Notes under the pieces: model-generated | Told to the model about the DNA's origin: nothing | The model's database searches: none | What the model saw: the letters and a program-made list of their open reading frames with translations, nothing else | Translations under genes and position numbers: made by a program | Origin: Paraspadella gotoi | Taxonomy: Eukaryota; Animalia; Chaetognatha | Reading direction: 5' to 3' | Length of the DNA: 64,000 nucleotides | Assembly: GCA_051294375.1 (NCBI GenBank) | Contig: CM119264.1 | Span: 27,695,469 to 27,759,468, forward strand | Part shown: in pieces, positions 12,996 to 25,893 of the stretch | Position numbering within the stretch: position 1 is the stretch's first letter | Layout of the letters: each line of letters begins with the position of its first letter

Positions 12996-13196
12996 CTATC
13001 TCTCTTTCTATTTTTTCTCTCTTCCCACTCCAAGTTTTATCTCTTTCTCACGAATGTCAAATTCCTCCCAATATTTTTTTTCAAGTCTTCGCAACAAATT
13101 TGGTTTTTAAAATCTTCAACTTCGATTTCAACGAATTTTCTTCTTTCAAAGTGTTCGTATTTATTATTCCAACTTTTTGTCCCTTTCTTTTACTTT

Positions 13197-13277
13197 CCAT
13201 AGCCCAATGCCACCCAGTGCCATCATCCCATAGCCCAATGCCACCCAGTGCCACCATTCCATAGCCCAATGCCACCC
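13197..13277. repeat. 31-bp tandem repeat x2.6
   Basis: ccatagcccaatgccacccagtgcca.cat. at 13197, 13228 and 13259. Confidence 0.95.
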
Positions 13278-13495
13278 CGGTTTAAAATATATATACTTTT
13301 TAATTCTTTACAATTTTAATGATTGAAAAGGATAAATTATAATGGAATATATATTTTATCCATCAATCAAAATTGACACCATGCATCAAAACTTAAAGTT
13401 GACTACATAATAAACATATTTTGACGGAATTCAATCAACGACAGCATCTCTGGTCGCTACAAATTTACTAGACGACGATAAATTTATATATTTTC

Positions 13496-13547
<52 letters not shown>

Positions 13548-13570
13548 TTCTCTCTCTCTCTCTTTCTACT

Positions 13571-13655
13571 CGACGACGAAGACAAAGACGAAGACAACGA
13601 CGAAGACAACGACGAAGACGACGACGAAGACAACGACGAAGACAACGACGAAGAC
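13571..13655. repeat. 12-bp tandem repeat (gacgaagacaac)
   Basis: About 7 units; would read DEDN on the + strand. Confidence 0.9.
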
Positions 13656-14209
13656 GTCGTTTCGTCAACGAAGGAGAAAAGATTAAAGGCGACGACGATA
13701 ATTAAGACGACGAAAACAAGATCGACTTTCGAAATCGAGGAAAAAAAAGTCGACGAACGACTTTTTTTTTTTTTAAGGAATAAATTTTCAAGTCAGATTT
13801 CGATCGAAGGAGCGACAATATTTTGATTCGCGAGAGTTCGTCTCAAGTCTTTCATTTGTTCTTTTTTAATTCTCATTGGAGAGAAACCTAAACACTTATT
13901 TAATTACACAATACACAATACACAATACACAAAACACATCCTGTGAAAACTAAAGAAAAGTTATCTCTCGACGATGTNNNNNNNNNNNNNNNNNNNNNNN
14001 NNNNNNNNNNNNNNNNNNNNNNNNNNNNNNNNNNNNNNNNNNNNNNNNNNNNNNNNNNNNNNNNNNNNNNNNNNNNNNNNNNNNNNNNNNNNNNNNNNNN
14101 NNNNNNNNNNNNNNNNNNNNNNNNNNNNNNNNNNNNNNNNNNNNNNNNNNNNNNNNNNNNNNNNNNNNNNNNNNNNNNNNNNNNNNNNNNNNNNNNNNNN
14201 NNNNNNNNN

Positions 14210-15581
14210 CCTTTCGTGTTCCTACACGTTGGATCCTGGTGAAGGCATTGGATTTTTTCGTTGGGACATCTACTCCGGTACGACTGGTGTTTCAGACACA
14301 ATTTTATCATACGAGTTTGCAAATAAAAAGTGAATATCATCCAGACAAACCCGTACTTATGAGTTTAAAGAGCCATTACAACTTTTAATTCCCGGAGTTG
14401 GAGATGCTGATTTCCGAAGTTACGCTTGTAACATCTTTCAATGAAATTTCGTTCAACGAAGCCGTCATAGAACTCAAATCCCGGTATCTCCAAAAATGAC
14501 TCTAGTCAAAATCGCGGCCGTCGTCGTCGACCAAGTCACCGACATCAACTGCATGGCGACAGATGGCGTTCCAACTCCCAAAATCGGCTGGACTCTCGCC
14601 GGTAGTCGACATCACCGCTAACGCTACCGAATCGACCAATGGAAACAACCGTAACATCAACGCTGTCACTAACGCCGAGGGAGAGCAACGACGGTGCCCA
14701 GTTGCAGTGCTTCGCCATGTACCGACATCGCCACGCCCATCGATCAAACCGCTCTTTCCGATTCGGCCAATCTCGTCGTCAAACGTTCCGCCTTCGACTC
14801 CGAAACATCACGAGCTACTCCAACGGGACGTGGCTTCGAGCTGGGACCAGGCTGACCATCAATTGTCAAGTCTCTAGTCTCGGGAAACCCACGGGAAAAC
14901 TTATCCTTGGCAAAAGAAGCGATCCACAATTTTCGACCGATAATCAGTTGACGATCATAAGCTACTCTTTAGATTTGACGGAATCTGTAAATGGCAGGAG
15001 GTCGAAGTGTCGCGCCCGAAAACGAAGTTCAGCGCCGCCACCGGCCAAGTTTTTACCGACGTCGTCTCCCTCTCTGTTGCGTTCGGACCGGCATCGGCGC
15101 CGATAATTTCCGGCAACGATTCGATTGTTCGCGGCGACAACGCCACCTTTGCGTGTATCGCGTCGAACGCCAACCCGGCGCCACTTTTCACGTGGAGAGT
15201 CGGTGTGGCGTGACATGCGAGAGAAGGTCGCGGCTGGGAGCGTTTCCGCCGGCGCCAACGGTGGCGACGTCGCTCGCAGCGTATTTGTCGTCGATAACTT
15301 GAAGGCATCGCAAAATGGTGATGGGAGGTGGCGTGCGAAACGCGGAAATCCGGTCACCGACGTCGTCCAGACGGCCAAAAAGAGCTTGACCGTCTTCTTC
15401 GGACCCTCCAACGCGACTCTGAGAGTCGTCAGCGTCGGCGTCGGCGTCGGCGATCTTTTGATCGAAGGTCGCCTCTACGACTTCGAATGCCTTTGTGGAG
15501 AATCTCGGGAATCCCCAGTCGTCCGTCAAAGTTTTCAGTGTCGACGTTGGGGAAAAGAAAAACCGAGTACAACGCTTCGTT

Positions 15582-15612
<31 letters not shown>

Positions 15613-15987
15613 AATATTTTCGCTGTCTCAATCAAGGCGTCTCGTTCGATCGATGGAAACCAATCTCACGTGCGTCGTCACCAACAACTACGAAAACGAT
15701 GCCACGTCCACGATTTCCCTCGGCGTTGCATTTGGACCCGACTTTGTGGTCATTACCGGAAATGACACGGCGTCGGAGGGTGAAGATGTCACGTTGATAT
15801 GCGAAACCCGAGCGTCCAATCCATCTAGTAGCGTCATTTGGCGAGACGTCGACACCGACGCCATCTTATCGTCGGTTTCCGATCCGCCACTGGCCGACGG
15901 CTCCGTGAAATCTACGGTCGTCTTTTCTGCCTGCGCGTCTTATCCAATCCGCGTCGTTTGCGTCGCCACGAAATAACGTCACCGGAA
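14210..15987 (+). CDS. Immunoglobulin-superfamily protein exon with six Ig domains (V-like then C2-like; nephrin/Kirrel/Sidestep-like), frameshifted
   Basis: D1 LSCSYTL..FFRW..LLIPGVGDADFRSYAC. D2 INCMATDGVPTPKIGW..VTSTLSLTPRESNDGAQLQC. D3 LTINCQVSSLGKP..LTESVNG..C. D4 AFGPASAPIISG..ATFACIASNANPAPLFTW. D5 FFGPSN..YDFEC..NLTCVVTN. D6 AFGPDFVVITG..VTLICETRASNPSSSVIW..VVCVAT. Possible ATG at 13974 just before the 232-N gap and possible GT donor at 15988. Confidence 0.9.
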
Positions 15988-16036
15988 GTAAATTTTCCGC
16001 CAATCACGTCGTTCAGCGGAGCCAGTCTCCGTCTCT

Positions 16037-16128
<92 letters not shown>

Positions 16129-16220
16129 TTGTGACACATGAACGATCGAAATGACAAACGGCGAGCGCGGGAGAGGGGCGAATCACGAAGCGATGATTTG
16201 AACTGGGTTAAAGGGGAAGA

Positions 16221-16333
16221 CGTCCGATGGGCCGAGGGCTGAATAGAATAGGAATAGAATAGAATAGGAATAGAATAGAATAGAATAGGAATAGAATAGG
16301 AATAGAATAGGAATAGAATAGGAATAGAATAGA
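16221..16333. repeat. (GAATA)n pentamer microsatellite
   Basis: gaatagaata run with occasional extra g. Confidence 0.95.
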
Positions 16334-17119
16334 ATAGAATAAAATAGAATAGAAAGGAGAGGATCGAACTTTAGTCCCTTCCGCCCCAAATGGTTCAATT
16401 TCTGATTTTATTAATTTTCTTCAAAACTGTAAATAAACTTTTGTAAATTTGTAGAAATAAACGTTTGGACTTTGGACTATTGAATTTGATAAACTGCATT
16501 TCAATTATTGAGACCAAAATTGTAAAGACGTTATCGACGTCTTTAATTAATTAATTAATACTAAAACTTAATAATGAAGTTAAATGTCCCTTGACAAATA
16601 AAAAACGATTTTTTTAAAAATGTGATAACTATGATAGTATTTGTTATGATATTGATGATAATCTTTTGTGATAAAACTGTCATATAACAATTAAAAACCA
16701 TTAGCAAACCTTTAATAATAAATGTTTAATTAATTATTGAGCATTTAGCAATATTTCTAGTTTGGGGTACGCCCACTATGAGTGAAAACCATTTATTAAA
16801 CATTTTTTTATATACTTAGTAAATAATTATTCTAATTACAGGATAAGTAAATTGTAAAACAATTACTTAACTTTTCAGTTTCAGTTTTCAGTTTACCTAC
16901 AAATAAGTATACAATTAAATCAATAATAAGTTAATTTAATCGTTTTTTCCATCAATACGATTTAATATCTCACTCTCTCCACACAAACTCCCAGACACAC
17001 ACAAAAAATCCCCATCCAAATAAATCGTCTCTTTTCATTTCTCATTTTCCTCCAAATGGACGAATTTTCTCCGCTGACCCACGAAGGAGGCGTCTCCTAG
17101 CAACGCCCCTCGTGGCGCC

Positions 17120-17275
17120 CACTGCAATTCCATCTGCAACGTTGACCAGTTGTCGTCACTCGATCACTGCAACGTTTAATGCAAGGTTCACTGCCACGCT
17201 CAATGCAACGCTCACCCCAACGTTTATACTGCCACGCTCAATGCCACGCTCTCACCGCAACGTTGCTATCCCGGC
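17120..17275 (+). repeat. Degenerate 12-bp repeat, possibly coding (T/N)-A-T-(L/F)
   Basis: actgcaacgttt / aatgcaaggttc / actgccacgctc / aatgcaacgctc / aatgccacgctc. Confidence 0.6.
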
Positions 17276-17892
17276 CACAACTTTGAGATCTCGCAAATTG
17301 GACGACGATCGACAACAACAACAACGACGACGAGGACAACAACGATTTAATTTCAGTCGAATTACCTTCGCGTTTTAAGCCGTCGCTTCACAGACCTGAC
17401 CCACGAGACTCACCTCACCCTTACCCAAACCCTTACCCAAACCATCTCTACCAGATAAATGAAATTCGGGTCATTCTATCAAAGGTCGCCTTTGAGGTCA
17501 TCCACTGGCCTTTGTCCTTTGACTTCCATCTCCTCCTCCTCCTCCTCCTCCTCCTCCTCGCTTCCTCCCTTCCTCCCTTCCTCTCTCCGTTGTCTGACAT
17601 GATGTCTATCGCTCCAGTGACGGACATGAATTTCTTCCCCCCTCGCCTGACATCTCTTGACATCGTCGTGTCTTATATGACATCTATGACGTTTCATCAG
17701 GTCTTATTCGCTCCAGTTGAGTCTCTTGCTCCAGTGGAGTCTTCTCTTCGTAGGAGTCGAGTGAAGAAGTCTCGAATTGGGTGAGTGAGTAGAATGGGTA
17801 AGTGAAGTTCGGCGAAAAATAATAGTATGGCCTAATTGGCTAAATGTTTATTGAAAAATCAAAAATGCAGAAAATGTGAAAAAAGAAATAAG

Positions 17893-17952
<60 letters not shown>

Positions 17953-18384
17953 GAGTATTAATTTTTTTCTCTACGCACTTAATTTGAGTTAATGTCCACT
18001 TTGATGGATTTCTCGTCAACTGAAACGAGGTCGTAAAACCGTCGGCCAAATCCAAACAAGTTTGTCGTCGTCTTTTTGATGAGTTGCTCTTGTTGTTGTT
18101 GTTGTTGTTGTTGATGATGTTGATAGCGTTTATGTATTTTTTTTACAGAAGGGGGGTGGATGATTGTTGTCGCGAGCAGTAGCGTGTCGTTGGTTAGACC
18201 CCCTTCCCCCTCCACAAAACAGAGGTCATGGGGATAAAAATATTTATATGAAAACAAAATAAAAGAATTAATAGCTTTTAATTTTTAAAATGTTTTTGTA
18301 CAAGCAGGAAAACCTAAAATACAGACAGAATATGTGATTTTTTAAAAAATTCCAATTTTTTTTCTTGCTATGTTAATCGATAGA

Positions 18385-18434
18385 GAGCTTGGCTTTCAGG
18401 GAGCTTGGCTTTCAGAGAGCTTGGCTTTCAGGGA
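18385..18434. repeat. 16-bp tandem repeat x3 (gagcttggctttcagR)
   Basis: Units at 18385, 18401 and 18417. Confidence 0.95.
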
Positions 18435-20243
18435 GGTCCGGGGCCCGAGGCCCACAAAAAATCTGTGGGTTGATGCGCTATTTATTTAAACGCAGCTGTT
18501 CGCGAGGGCGTAGGGTTATACTTAATCTAGGTTATTATTAATGCCAGCGACCGAAAGAGATAGGATATTGGATGCATCGGAAAATAAATTTCATTATTTT
18601 GTTACATTTCGCAATGCATTTTGTTAAACATAACTAACAAAATTACATTATACGTATCTAGAAAAAAGTTAAAGACATTTTTTAATTGAGGAGTTTACTC
18701 GAAAACTTGCTCGATTTTTGGTAAGAAGAATCAGGATTGTTTGGTCAGGAGTTGCGTGACGACTGAAATTTCGTTGGTCAGGTGTGGCTTCCTTCCGATT
18801 TTTCGGTGAGAGTGAAGAGGCCGGGTATAGAAGTGTAGAGGAAAGTGGAAGTTGGCGTACCGGTCGAAGGTGGAGAGATGGCGGGAGAAACGAATGCGCG
18901 CTTTAGGTTGTTCCGACAATTGCGGTTGGTAGTGGTTATTTGTTTCGGTATTGTCAAATTGAGTTAGTTATTTTTTTTAGGTTTTTTTAAATTGTGTTGG
19001 ATGCCGGAGAGTAGACAGGCCGCCTCGTCTGGTTGGTTCCGATGAAAAGGTGGCAATTGTAGGCCCTGCGTAGAAAAGAGAGGGGGAAAGAGCGCACAGA
19101 TTCTCAGCATAGAGCTTAGAGATCGCCGTCGTGTTCGCGGTGACCGATTGCAGAAGTGGTGTTACGGGCGATAGCAACAAATGGCGAGGAAAACATTGGT
19201 TGGTGCGAGGGCACCGGCTCTGGAAGACGCGAGAAGATACCACAGCGGCAGGGACGAAGCAGGCCAAGGTGGTCGATGCCAGGGAGGCATACCAGATTGA
19301 GAATGTTTTACCCATGTTTTGATGTATATTTTTTATTTGAAGTAAATTGAACTGTTTAAAAAAAAATGTTTCTAAGCTTTTTTTCCTAGGATAGTAGTTC
19401 CGATGTTTCGTGTTGGGATTGTTTTCTATGGTTTGATACTCGGACGTGGCGACTAAGAGGAAAGAGAAAAAGTGTGCGACTCGCTCGTCGCGAGTGGCGG
19501 GGTGCGCGATTTTATCAATGCACCTGTCAGTCGTCCCTCCGGATTGCTTTTTGTGCGTTAGAGGGAGAGAGGAGATAGAGTAGAGAGAGGAGGAGGAGAG
19601 AGAGACGAGGGAGAGAAGAGAGAGGAGAGGAGGAAGAGAGAGAGGAGAGGGAAATAGAGGGAGAGATGCCAGAAAAAAGGGAGCTCTTACTGTAAAAACG
19701 GGCGGTAAAATAAAGATGATGTGTATCGTAAATTCTTTTTTTTTAGAAAATGGAAAAAAAAAAGATTTTAAAGTAAAATAAATCCTAAAAAAAAAGATAA
19801 AACGTAAAAAAAGTAACTAATGGCTGAATTTAATTTTTTCTTCAATTCTATTTACTTAAACTTGTACACTTTAAAATTATCTTCCCATTTTTTTGTTTTT
19901 GTTTAAATTAAAATCCCAGTGTAAACTTTCGCGTCTCCAGAAGCGAGTACGGGGTAATTCCCTACTAAGCTTTTGAAAGCTTAAACTTTGCAAAGTTTGT
20001 TTTGACCCAAAAGAAAAAAAAATGTTGACTTTTAAAATCGATGAGGCGCTAAACCCCAAGTCGACCCGGCAAGATGACCCCAACCTAAACAATTATTCAA
20101 TAAGTTTGTTGAGTAATTTAAACACCCAGAATGCGATTTAAATTAAATGATAACGACATGTAGATAATTTTTATTCATTTCAAATGTAACGCGTTAAAAA
20201 AACAACCTTCAGCTTTGATCGCAAAAAATCAAATTTAAGTTTC

Positions 20244-20854
20244 NNNNNNNNNNNNNNNNNNNNNNNNNNNNNNNNNNNNNNNNNNNNNNNNNNNNNNNNN
20301 NNNNNNNNNNNNNNNNNNNNNNNNNNNNNNNNNNNNNNNNNNNNNNNNNNNNNNNNNNNNNNNNNNNNNNNNNNNNNNNNNNNNNNNNNNNNNNNNNNNN
20401 NNNNNNNNNNNNNNNNNNNNNNNNNNNNNNNNNNNNNNNNNNNNNNNNNNNNNNNNNNNNNNNNNNNNNNNNNNNNNNNNNNNNNNNNNNNNNNNNNNNN
20501 NNNNNNNNNNNNNNNNNNNNNNNNNNNNNNNNNNNNNNNNNNNNNNNNNNNNNNNNNNNNNNNNNNNNNNNNNNNNNNNNNNNNNNNNNNNNNNNNNNNN
20601 NNNNNNNNNNNNNNNNNNNNNNNNNNNNNNNNNNNNNNNNNNNNNNNNNNNNNNNNNNNNNNNNNNNNNNNNNNNNNNNNNNNNNNNNNNNNNNNNNNNN
20701 NNNNNNNNNNNNNNNNNNNNNNNNNNNNNNNNNNNNNNNNNNNNNNNNNNNNNNNNNNNNNNNNNNNNNNNNNNNNNNNNNNNNNNNNNNNNNNNNNNNN
20801 NNNNNNNNNNNNNNNNNNNNNNNNNNNNNNNNNNNNNNNNNNNNNNNNNNNNNN
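20244..20854. other. Assembly gap (611 N)
   Basis: N run. Other gaps: 10682-10706, 13978-14209, 29874-29898, 42626-42650, 54218-54278, 54525-54534. Confidence 1.
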
Positions 20855-21779
20855 CTTTTCCCCTTTTCCTCCTTCCTTTCCTTTATTTTCTTCTACCTCT
20901 TTTTCTTTTCCCTTTTCTTCTTTCCTTTTCTTTTATTTTCTTTTCCATCTTTTCATTTTTCCCTTTTCCTCCTTCCTTTCCTTTATTTTCTTCTACCTTT
21001 TTTCTTTTCCCTTTTCTTCTTTCCTTTCCTTTATTTTCTTCTCCATCTTTTCCTATTTCTTCCTTCCTTTTCTTTTATTTTTTTTCTCCATCTTTTCTTT
21101 TTTCCTTTTTCTTCCTTCCTTCCTTTTCTTTTATTTTATTCTCCATCTTTTCTTTCTTCCTATTTCTTCCTTCCTTTCCTTATTTTCTTCTCCATCTTTT
21201 CCTTTTTTCTTGTTCTTCCTTCCTTTTATTTGATTTTCTTCTCCTTTTTTCCCTTTTTTTCTCCTTTCTTCCCTTGTTTTCCTTTTCCTTTTTTCTTTCG
21301 TCGTTTTCCTTTTCCTTTTTTCCTCCTTTCTTTCCTCTGTTTTTCTTCTCATCCTCTCCTCCTTAACTTCCTTCTCTCACTCTTCCTTTTTTTCTCTTCC
21401 CTTTTTTCTCTTCTTTTCTTTTTTTTTTCTTTTCTTTTTAACTTAATACCTTCACCACATTTTTTCTCTTTCCTCCTTTAACTTTTTCACTTTTAATACT
21501 ATTTTTTTTCTTCACTTTCTCTCTTTCGTTCTGCTTCAACCTCTCATATTATCTTCAGTTTCCTCCTTCCTCTTTATTTTTCTCATTTATTTCTCTGCCG
21601 CCCACCTCCTCCCTGCCCCCTCTAAGTACCACCTCCTAAGCGAGGTTCCGGCGGGAAAGAAATTTTTCTTCGTTGTCGGGGAAAAGTAAGGAATCAGGCG
21701 GGGACGGTCGTTCTCACACCCAAGCCTGTCTATTCGTAGCGAAATCAGGCGGGGGGACGGTCGTTCTCCACCCAAGCCT

Positions 21780-21915
21780 GTCTCTTCGAAGCAGATATCA
21801 CAATGTATCATAATATGTATATCGTTCGTATGTTTCATACTTGTGCAGTCATATGATCTTCTAAACAGCGAGAATTTGAGAAGGTCACTACGTCACAACA
21901 CTGCACTTGACTGTT
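21780..21915 (-). CDS. C2H2 zinc-finger fragment (frameshifted)
   Basis: Minus strand reads VKCSV/CDVVTFSNSRCLEDHMTA..KH, with exact F-x5-L-x2-H spacing, then TNDIHI..HCDICFEE as the start of a second finger. Confidence 0.5.
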
Positions 21916-22449
21916 CTTGCTTAAGAGACACTGCCGGGTAATTCCTGTGCAGTTTTAATCTACTGACTACATACGCGCTCCATAAGCCCGTGGATTATGA
22001 CCTGCCCACATTCTATGTCAATCTTTCTTACCTAATGGAAAATACTCATTTGGCGAAGATGGGGGTCACTTTCATCGTGACTCCTGATTCTCTTCTTCTC
22101 ACGAGGTAAGAAAGCGACGGTGAAAATTGTTTTTTATTTCCAGAGACCATATTTTTGAGCGACAAGAAAGTTCACAAGCTTTTTTTGAGATTATGATAGA
22201 CAGATCCCGGCCATTGGCTACTCTCTTTAGATAACGGGCCTTTACCCGATTCCGGTTACGCTCGACAGATGCCGGCCCCCCCCAATACTCGACATATGCC
22301 ACCGTCTCGCTCCGATTTCGCGTTCCGCTTCGCAGGTGCGTCGTCCCTTTCCCGCCGAAAACGTGGAAAGGCCAAAGTCGATGTTAATCGTGAAAGATGA
22401 GACTCAAACGTCGTCGCAAATGAAGCGAAGAGTAAATGGAGAGGGGAGG

Positions 22450-23083
22450 GGGGGGAGAGGTGAGGTAGGTTTAGGGTAAGGTAAGGCCTGGTAAGATCCT
22501 CGAAAGTCGGCGAGAGAAAAGAAAATTAAATGGCAGAAACGACGAAGTCAGAAAATATCCGGGCGTCGATGAAGCGAAAGTGGACAAAGAAAGGTCAAGA
22601 CTCATGAGATATTTTAAGTTTTAAGTACAAAACGTTTTAGGGCAAAAGTGAAGTTTATCTTTGATCGTGAATTTTAAAAAAGTGAAGAATGCTCAAAGAT
22701 GTGAGTCGCTCATGTATCAGAAACATGAAGCAGTTGATGTAAATTTATAGGAGGGCACCTATGCCTGACCTAGGAGATGCGTCTTGCCTAAGCACTATAA
22801 TTAACTAGAAGACTAAAATTCACTGCTGAAAAATCTAAAAACGGAACTAATAAAAAAATCGGCAATAAAAATGAACTCAATATGTAAATGAGATTGAGAC
22901 TTTCATTCTTATTTGATAATCTTTTTTTTTACAAATTTGATTCCAAGTCGATGTACCTTCAATTTTCTCCCAATAAATTTCTCTCTCATTAATCAAACGC
23001 GAATATCATTTTAAGTAAAACCGAAGGATATTGGTTAAAAACTTTCGGTTCGCCGCCTAAATGAATGATTTCGGAATTAACGG

Positions 23084-23136
<53 letters not shown>

Positions 23137-23403
23137 ACTCTCTTTCTCCATTTATTCCAATTAAGAAGAAATCACCGGCAGTGATTTCACGCCGGTTTGG
23201 GGTCGAAGCTGTGAGATGGAGAGATGGAAAACGAGGTTTTAGGGTAAGGCTGTGGGTAAAGCTGTGGGTAAGGCTGTGGGTAAGGCTGTGGATAAGGATG
23301 TGTCTTAGCCATTAGGATATTTAGGCAGGGCGAGGAAATCTTCGCGGGTGGTCGCAGTGAGGGATCGACGTTCGGCGACTTACATATTCCCTTTGATTTA
23401 AGG

Positions 23404-23442
<39 letters not shown>
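22450..23442. repeat. Empty-site copy of the LINE flanks
   Basis: Matches 23444-24220 joined to 29336-29750; the (CT)n at 23087-23132 is uninterrupted here. Confidence 0.9.
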
Positions 23443-24297
23443 CGGGGGGAAGAGGTGAGGAGCGTTTAGGGTAAGGCAAAGGCCGGTAAGATCCTCGAAA
23501 AGTCGGCCGAGAGAAGAAGAAAATTAAATACTGGCAGGGAAACCACGAAGTCAGAAATATGGCACGTCATGTCCGGCGTACAGAATGAAGGAAAGTGGAT
23601 ACAAGAAAGGTCAAGACACTCATGCAGATAATTTTTAAGTTTTAGTACCCAAAACGTTTATAAGTCGGCAACAAAAGTGAAAGTTTATCTAGTGATCGTG
23701 AATTTTTAAAAAAGGAAGGGAATGCTTAAAGCACTGTGATCGCTCATTATCAGACAACATGAGCAGTGATATAAATTTATCAGGCAGGGGCACTATGCCT
23801 TGAACTAGGGAGATGCGTCTTGTCCATGTAAGCACTATAAATTAACTAGAAGACAAAATTCACTGCTGAGAAAAATCAAAAAACGGAACTAATATGAATA
23901 AAATCCGCAATAAAAATGAACTCAATATTAAATGAGATTGAGACTTTCATTCTTATTTTGATAATCTTTTTTTACAAATTGATTCCAAGTCGATGTACCT
24001 TTCAATTTTCTCCCACTAATTTCTCTCTCATTAATCAAACGCGGAAATAATCTGAATCTTTAGAGTAAAACCCGAAAGAGATTATACAATGGTTAAAAAC
24101 TTTCTAGATTGCGACCGCGGCCTGCTCTAATATGATAAGTAATTTTATGATTTCCGGAATACAACGGCCCCACCCCGCGCCGCGGCTCTCTCCTCGCTCT
24201 CTCTCTCTCTCTCTCTTCCTCATTCTTATACACCAATAAATCTAACAATGATTGATTGATTTGGTAAAATCTTTTCAAAGCCAAATCACAACCCGAT

Positions 24298-25890
24298 ATG
24301 TCAACGAAAACAAAAGAGCAACTTCTCCAGTTCTCATCAAAAACTCGCGTAACAAAAATAAAAATCAAGTTAAAGATGCTTCTGATTCATACTCAGAAAA
24401 ATCAAAACTCGCAAGACTGTGAAGTTACTGAGGTTTTACTTGCCGGAGACTCGTCCTTTTCAAGAATTAGAACGAACACTCCAAGCCTGAAAGAAACAGC
24501 AGCAAATTTGCATCGACGACTCTTGGTGAACTCGGGGCTTACAAAAATAAACCCGCAAAAATGTTGTTGATTAAAAAAAAATGCTCTGAACAAGAAATTA
24601 AAAACGATATTCATGACCTTCGAACAAACTGTCAATGTCGTCGACAACCCCGTCCCACAAGAGATCAGAAAATCTTCGTCCAGGGTAAATAGCCTGCTGT
24701 GGTAACGAAGCTTTTCCATGCTCAGCGCGAATTCGACGAAATTAAAAAATCACTCAGCGTTGGCAGACATTAACATACTCGCCAAGACTGATAAAGATTT
24801 TAACCATGCTTAATGAAACCTGAACAATATGGCGACATAGTAAATATGATTTAACATCCAAAGCTTAATCACAAAATCACCCTCATTATTGTTCCTTTAT
24901 TAAACGGTATTGATCCGCGTACTCAGAGGATGAAATCAACCGCTATGGTTTTCAAAAGGATTATAGCCCAAGCTTCAATGAAGGAAGGCTCACAACTGGT
25001 TCGACAGGAGAACCGAGTTAGGAATTCAAGGTAACGCATCAATTCCCTAAGAAAAAGAATCAACCTGAAAAACAAAATAAACATGTTTCATTAAAGTCCA
25101 TTAATGTTACAGAATAATTTTGTAAATAAAATACTTACAATGTTATAAATTGTCAAAAATATGCGTCATGGCTCTAATTGCTTGTTCAACAACGAAGATA
25201 CAAATTTGTCTTCGTTGTGCCAGCGTCATACACTTCACAACAAGAAACTGTGATAAGAAGCTTTTCAGAACACTAAATGTCTAACTTTGGTGGCCCGCCA
25301 TGCAGCTAATTCGAAATCCTGCCCTATTTTACGAAGAGCGCTGCACGATATCCAAACCAAACCTCTTCTCTGTTGCTGCTAATCTCACTCAGACAAATCT
25401 ATACTGACCACCATGCCATCCAAAATCAGCGCTCACTACTCTCTTCACTAGGACTTCATGCAGAGATTTAGGAAAACATAGTCTTTGCGTTGTCCATGTT
25501 TGCGTGAAATGGGAATAGGTACAAGAAATACAGAAAGAAAAATTATTGTCTCGTCTATCAAAGGACTGTCTGATGAAATACTAACATCACAGTAGTAAAT
25601 TCAAAAACAAGAAGACAAGTCTCTCAACTTCGTCAATTACAATTCCAAAAAATATAATTCAACACAATCTCTGAAAACGTACAAGGTGAGATGGAGATCC
25701 TCCTTGTCAACCCAAGAGTCATCTCTGATTGGCAATGGATGAAGATTTTTCTCTAATCTCAAGATCAAAGTCAAGCCAAAGAAAATATGATCTCAGTTCC
25801 CAAAAGCGGTCTTTTTTGAACCCAGAAAACCAAGGAAGCACAGCTGCTTAAGAAAGGGAAAACCTGGGACGTTCCTCCTAAAAAACTGAT
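24298..25890 (+). CDS. LINE ORF1, gag-like protein with three CCHC knuckles (frameshifted)
   Basis: Starts MSTKTKEQ. Stitching frames at ~25135-25325 gives QCY.CQKY.H....C, ICLRCA..H....C and KC.N.GG.HAANSKSCP. Confidence 0.8.
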
Positions 25891-25893
25891 AAA

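Noticed and set aside
14210-15987. Alternative genetic code (UGA as Cys or Trp) as the explanation for in-frame TGAs
   Set aside because: Conserved Ig Trp and Cys residues use TGG and TGY, and most stops here coincide with frameshifts, so there is no positive evidence for reassignment.
17455-18240. Possible exons (poly-Leu/Glu and poly-Gln tracts)
   Set aside because: Readings on both strands are equally plausible and are driven by trinucleotide repeats.
18720-19330. Coding-like GC-balanced block with short ORFs on both strands
   Set aside because: No recognisable motif; strand and frame cannot be assigned.
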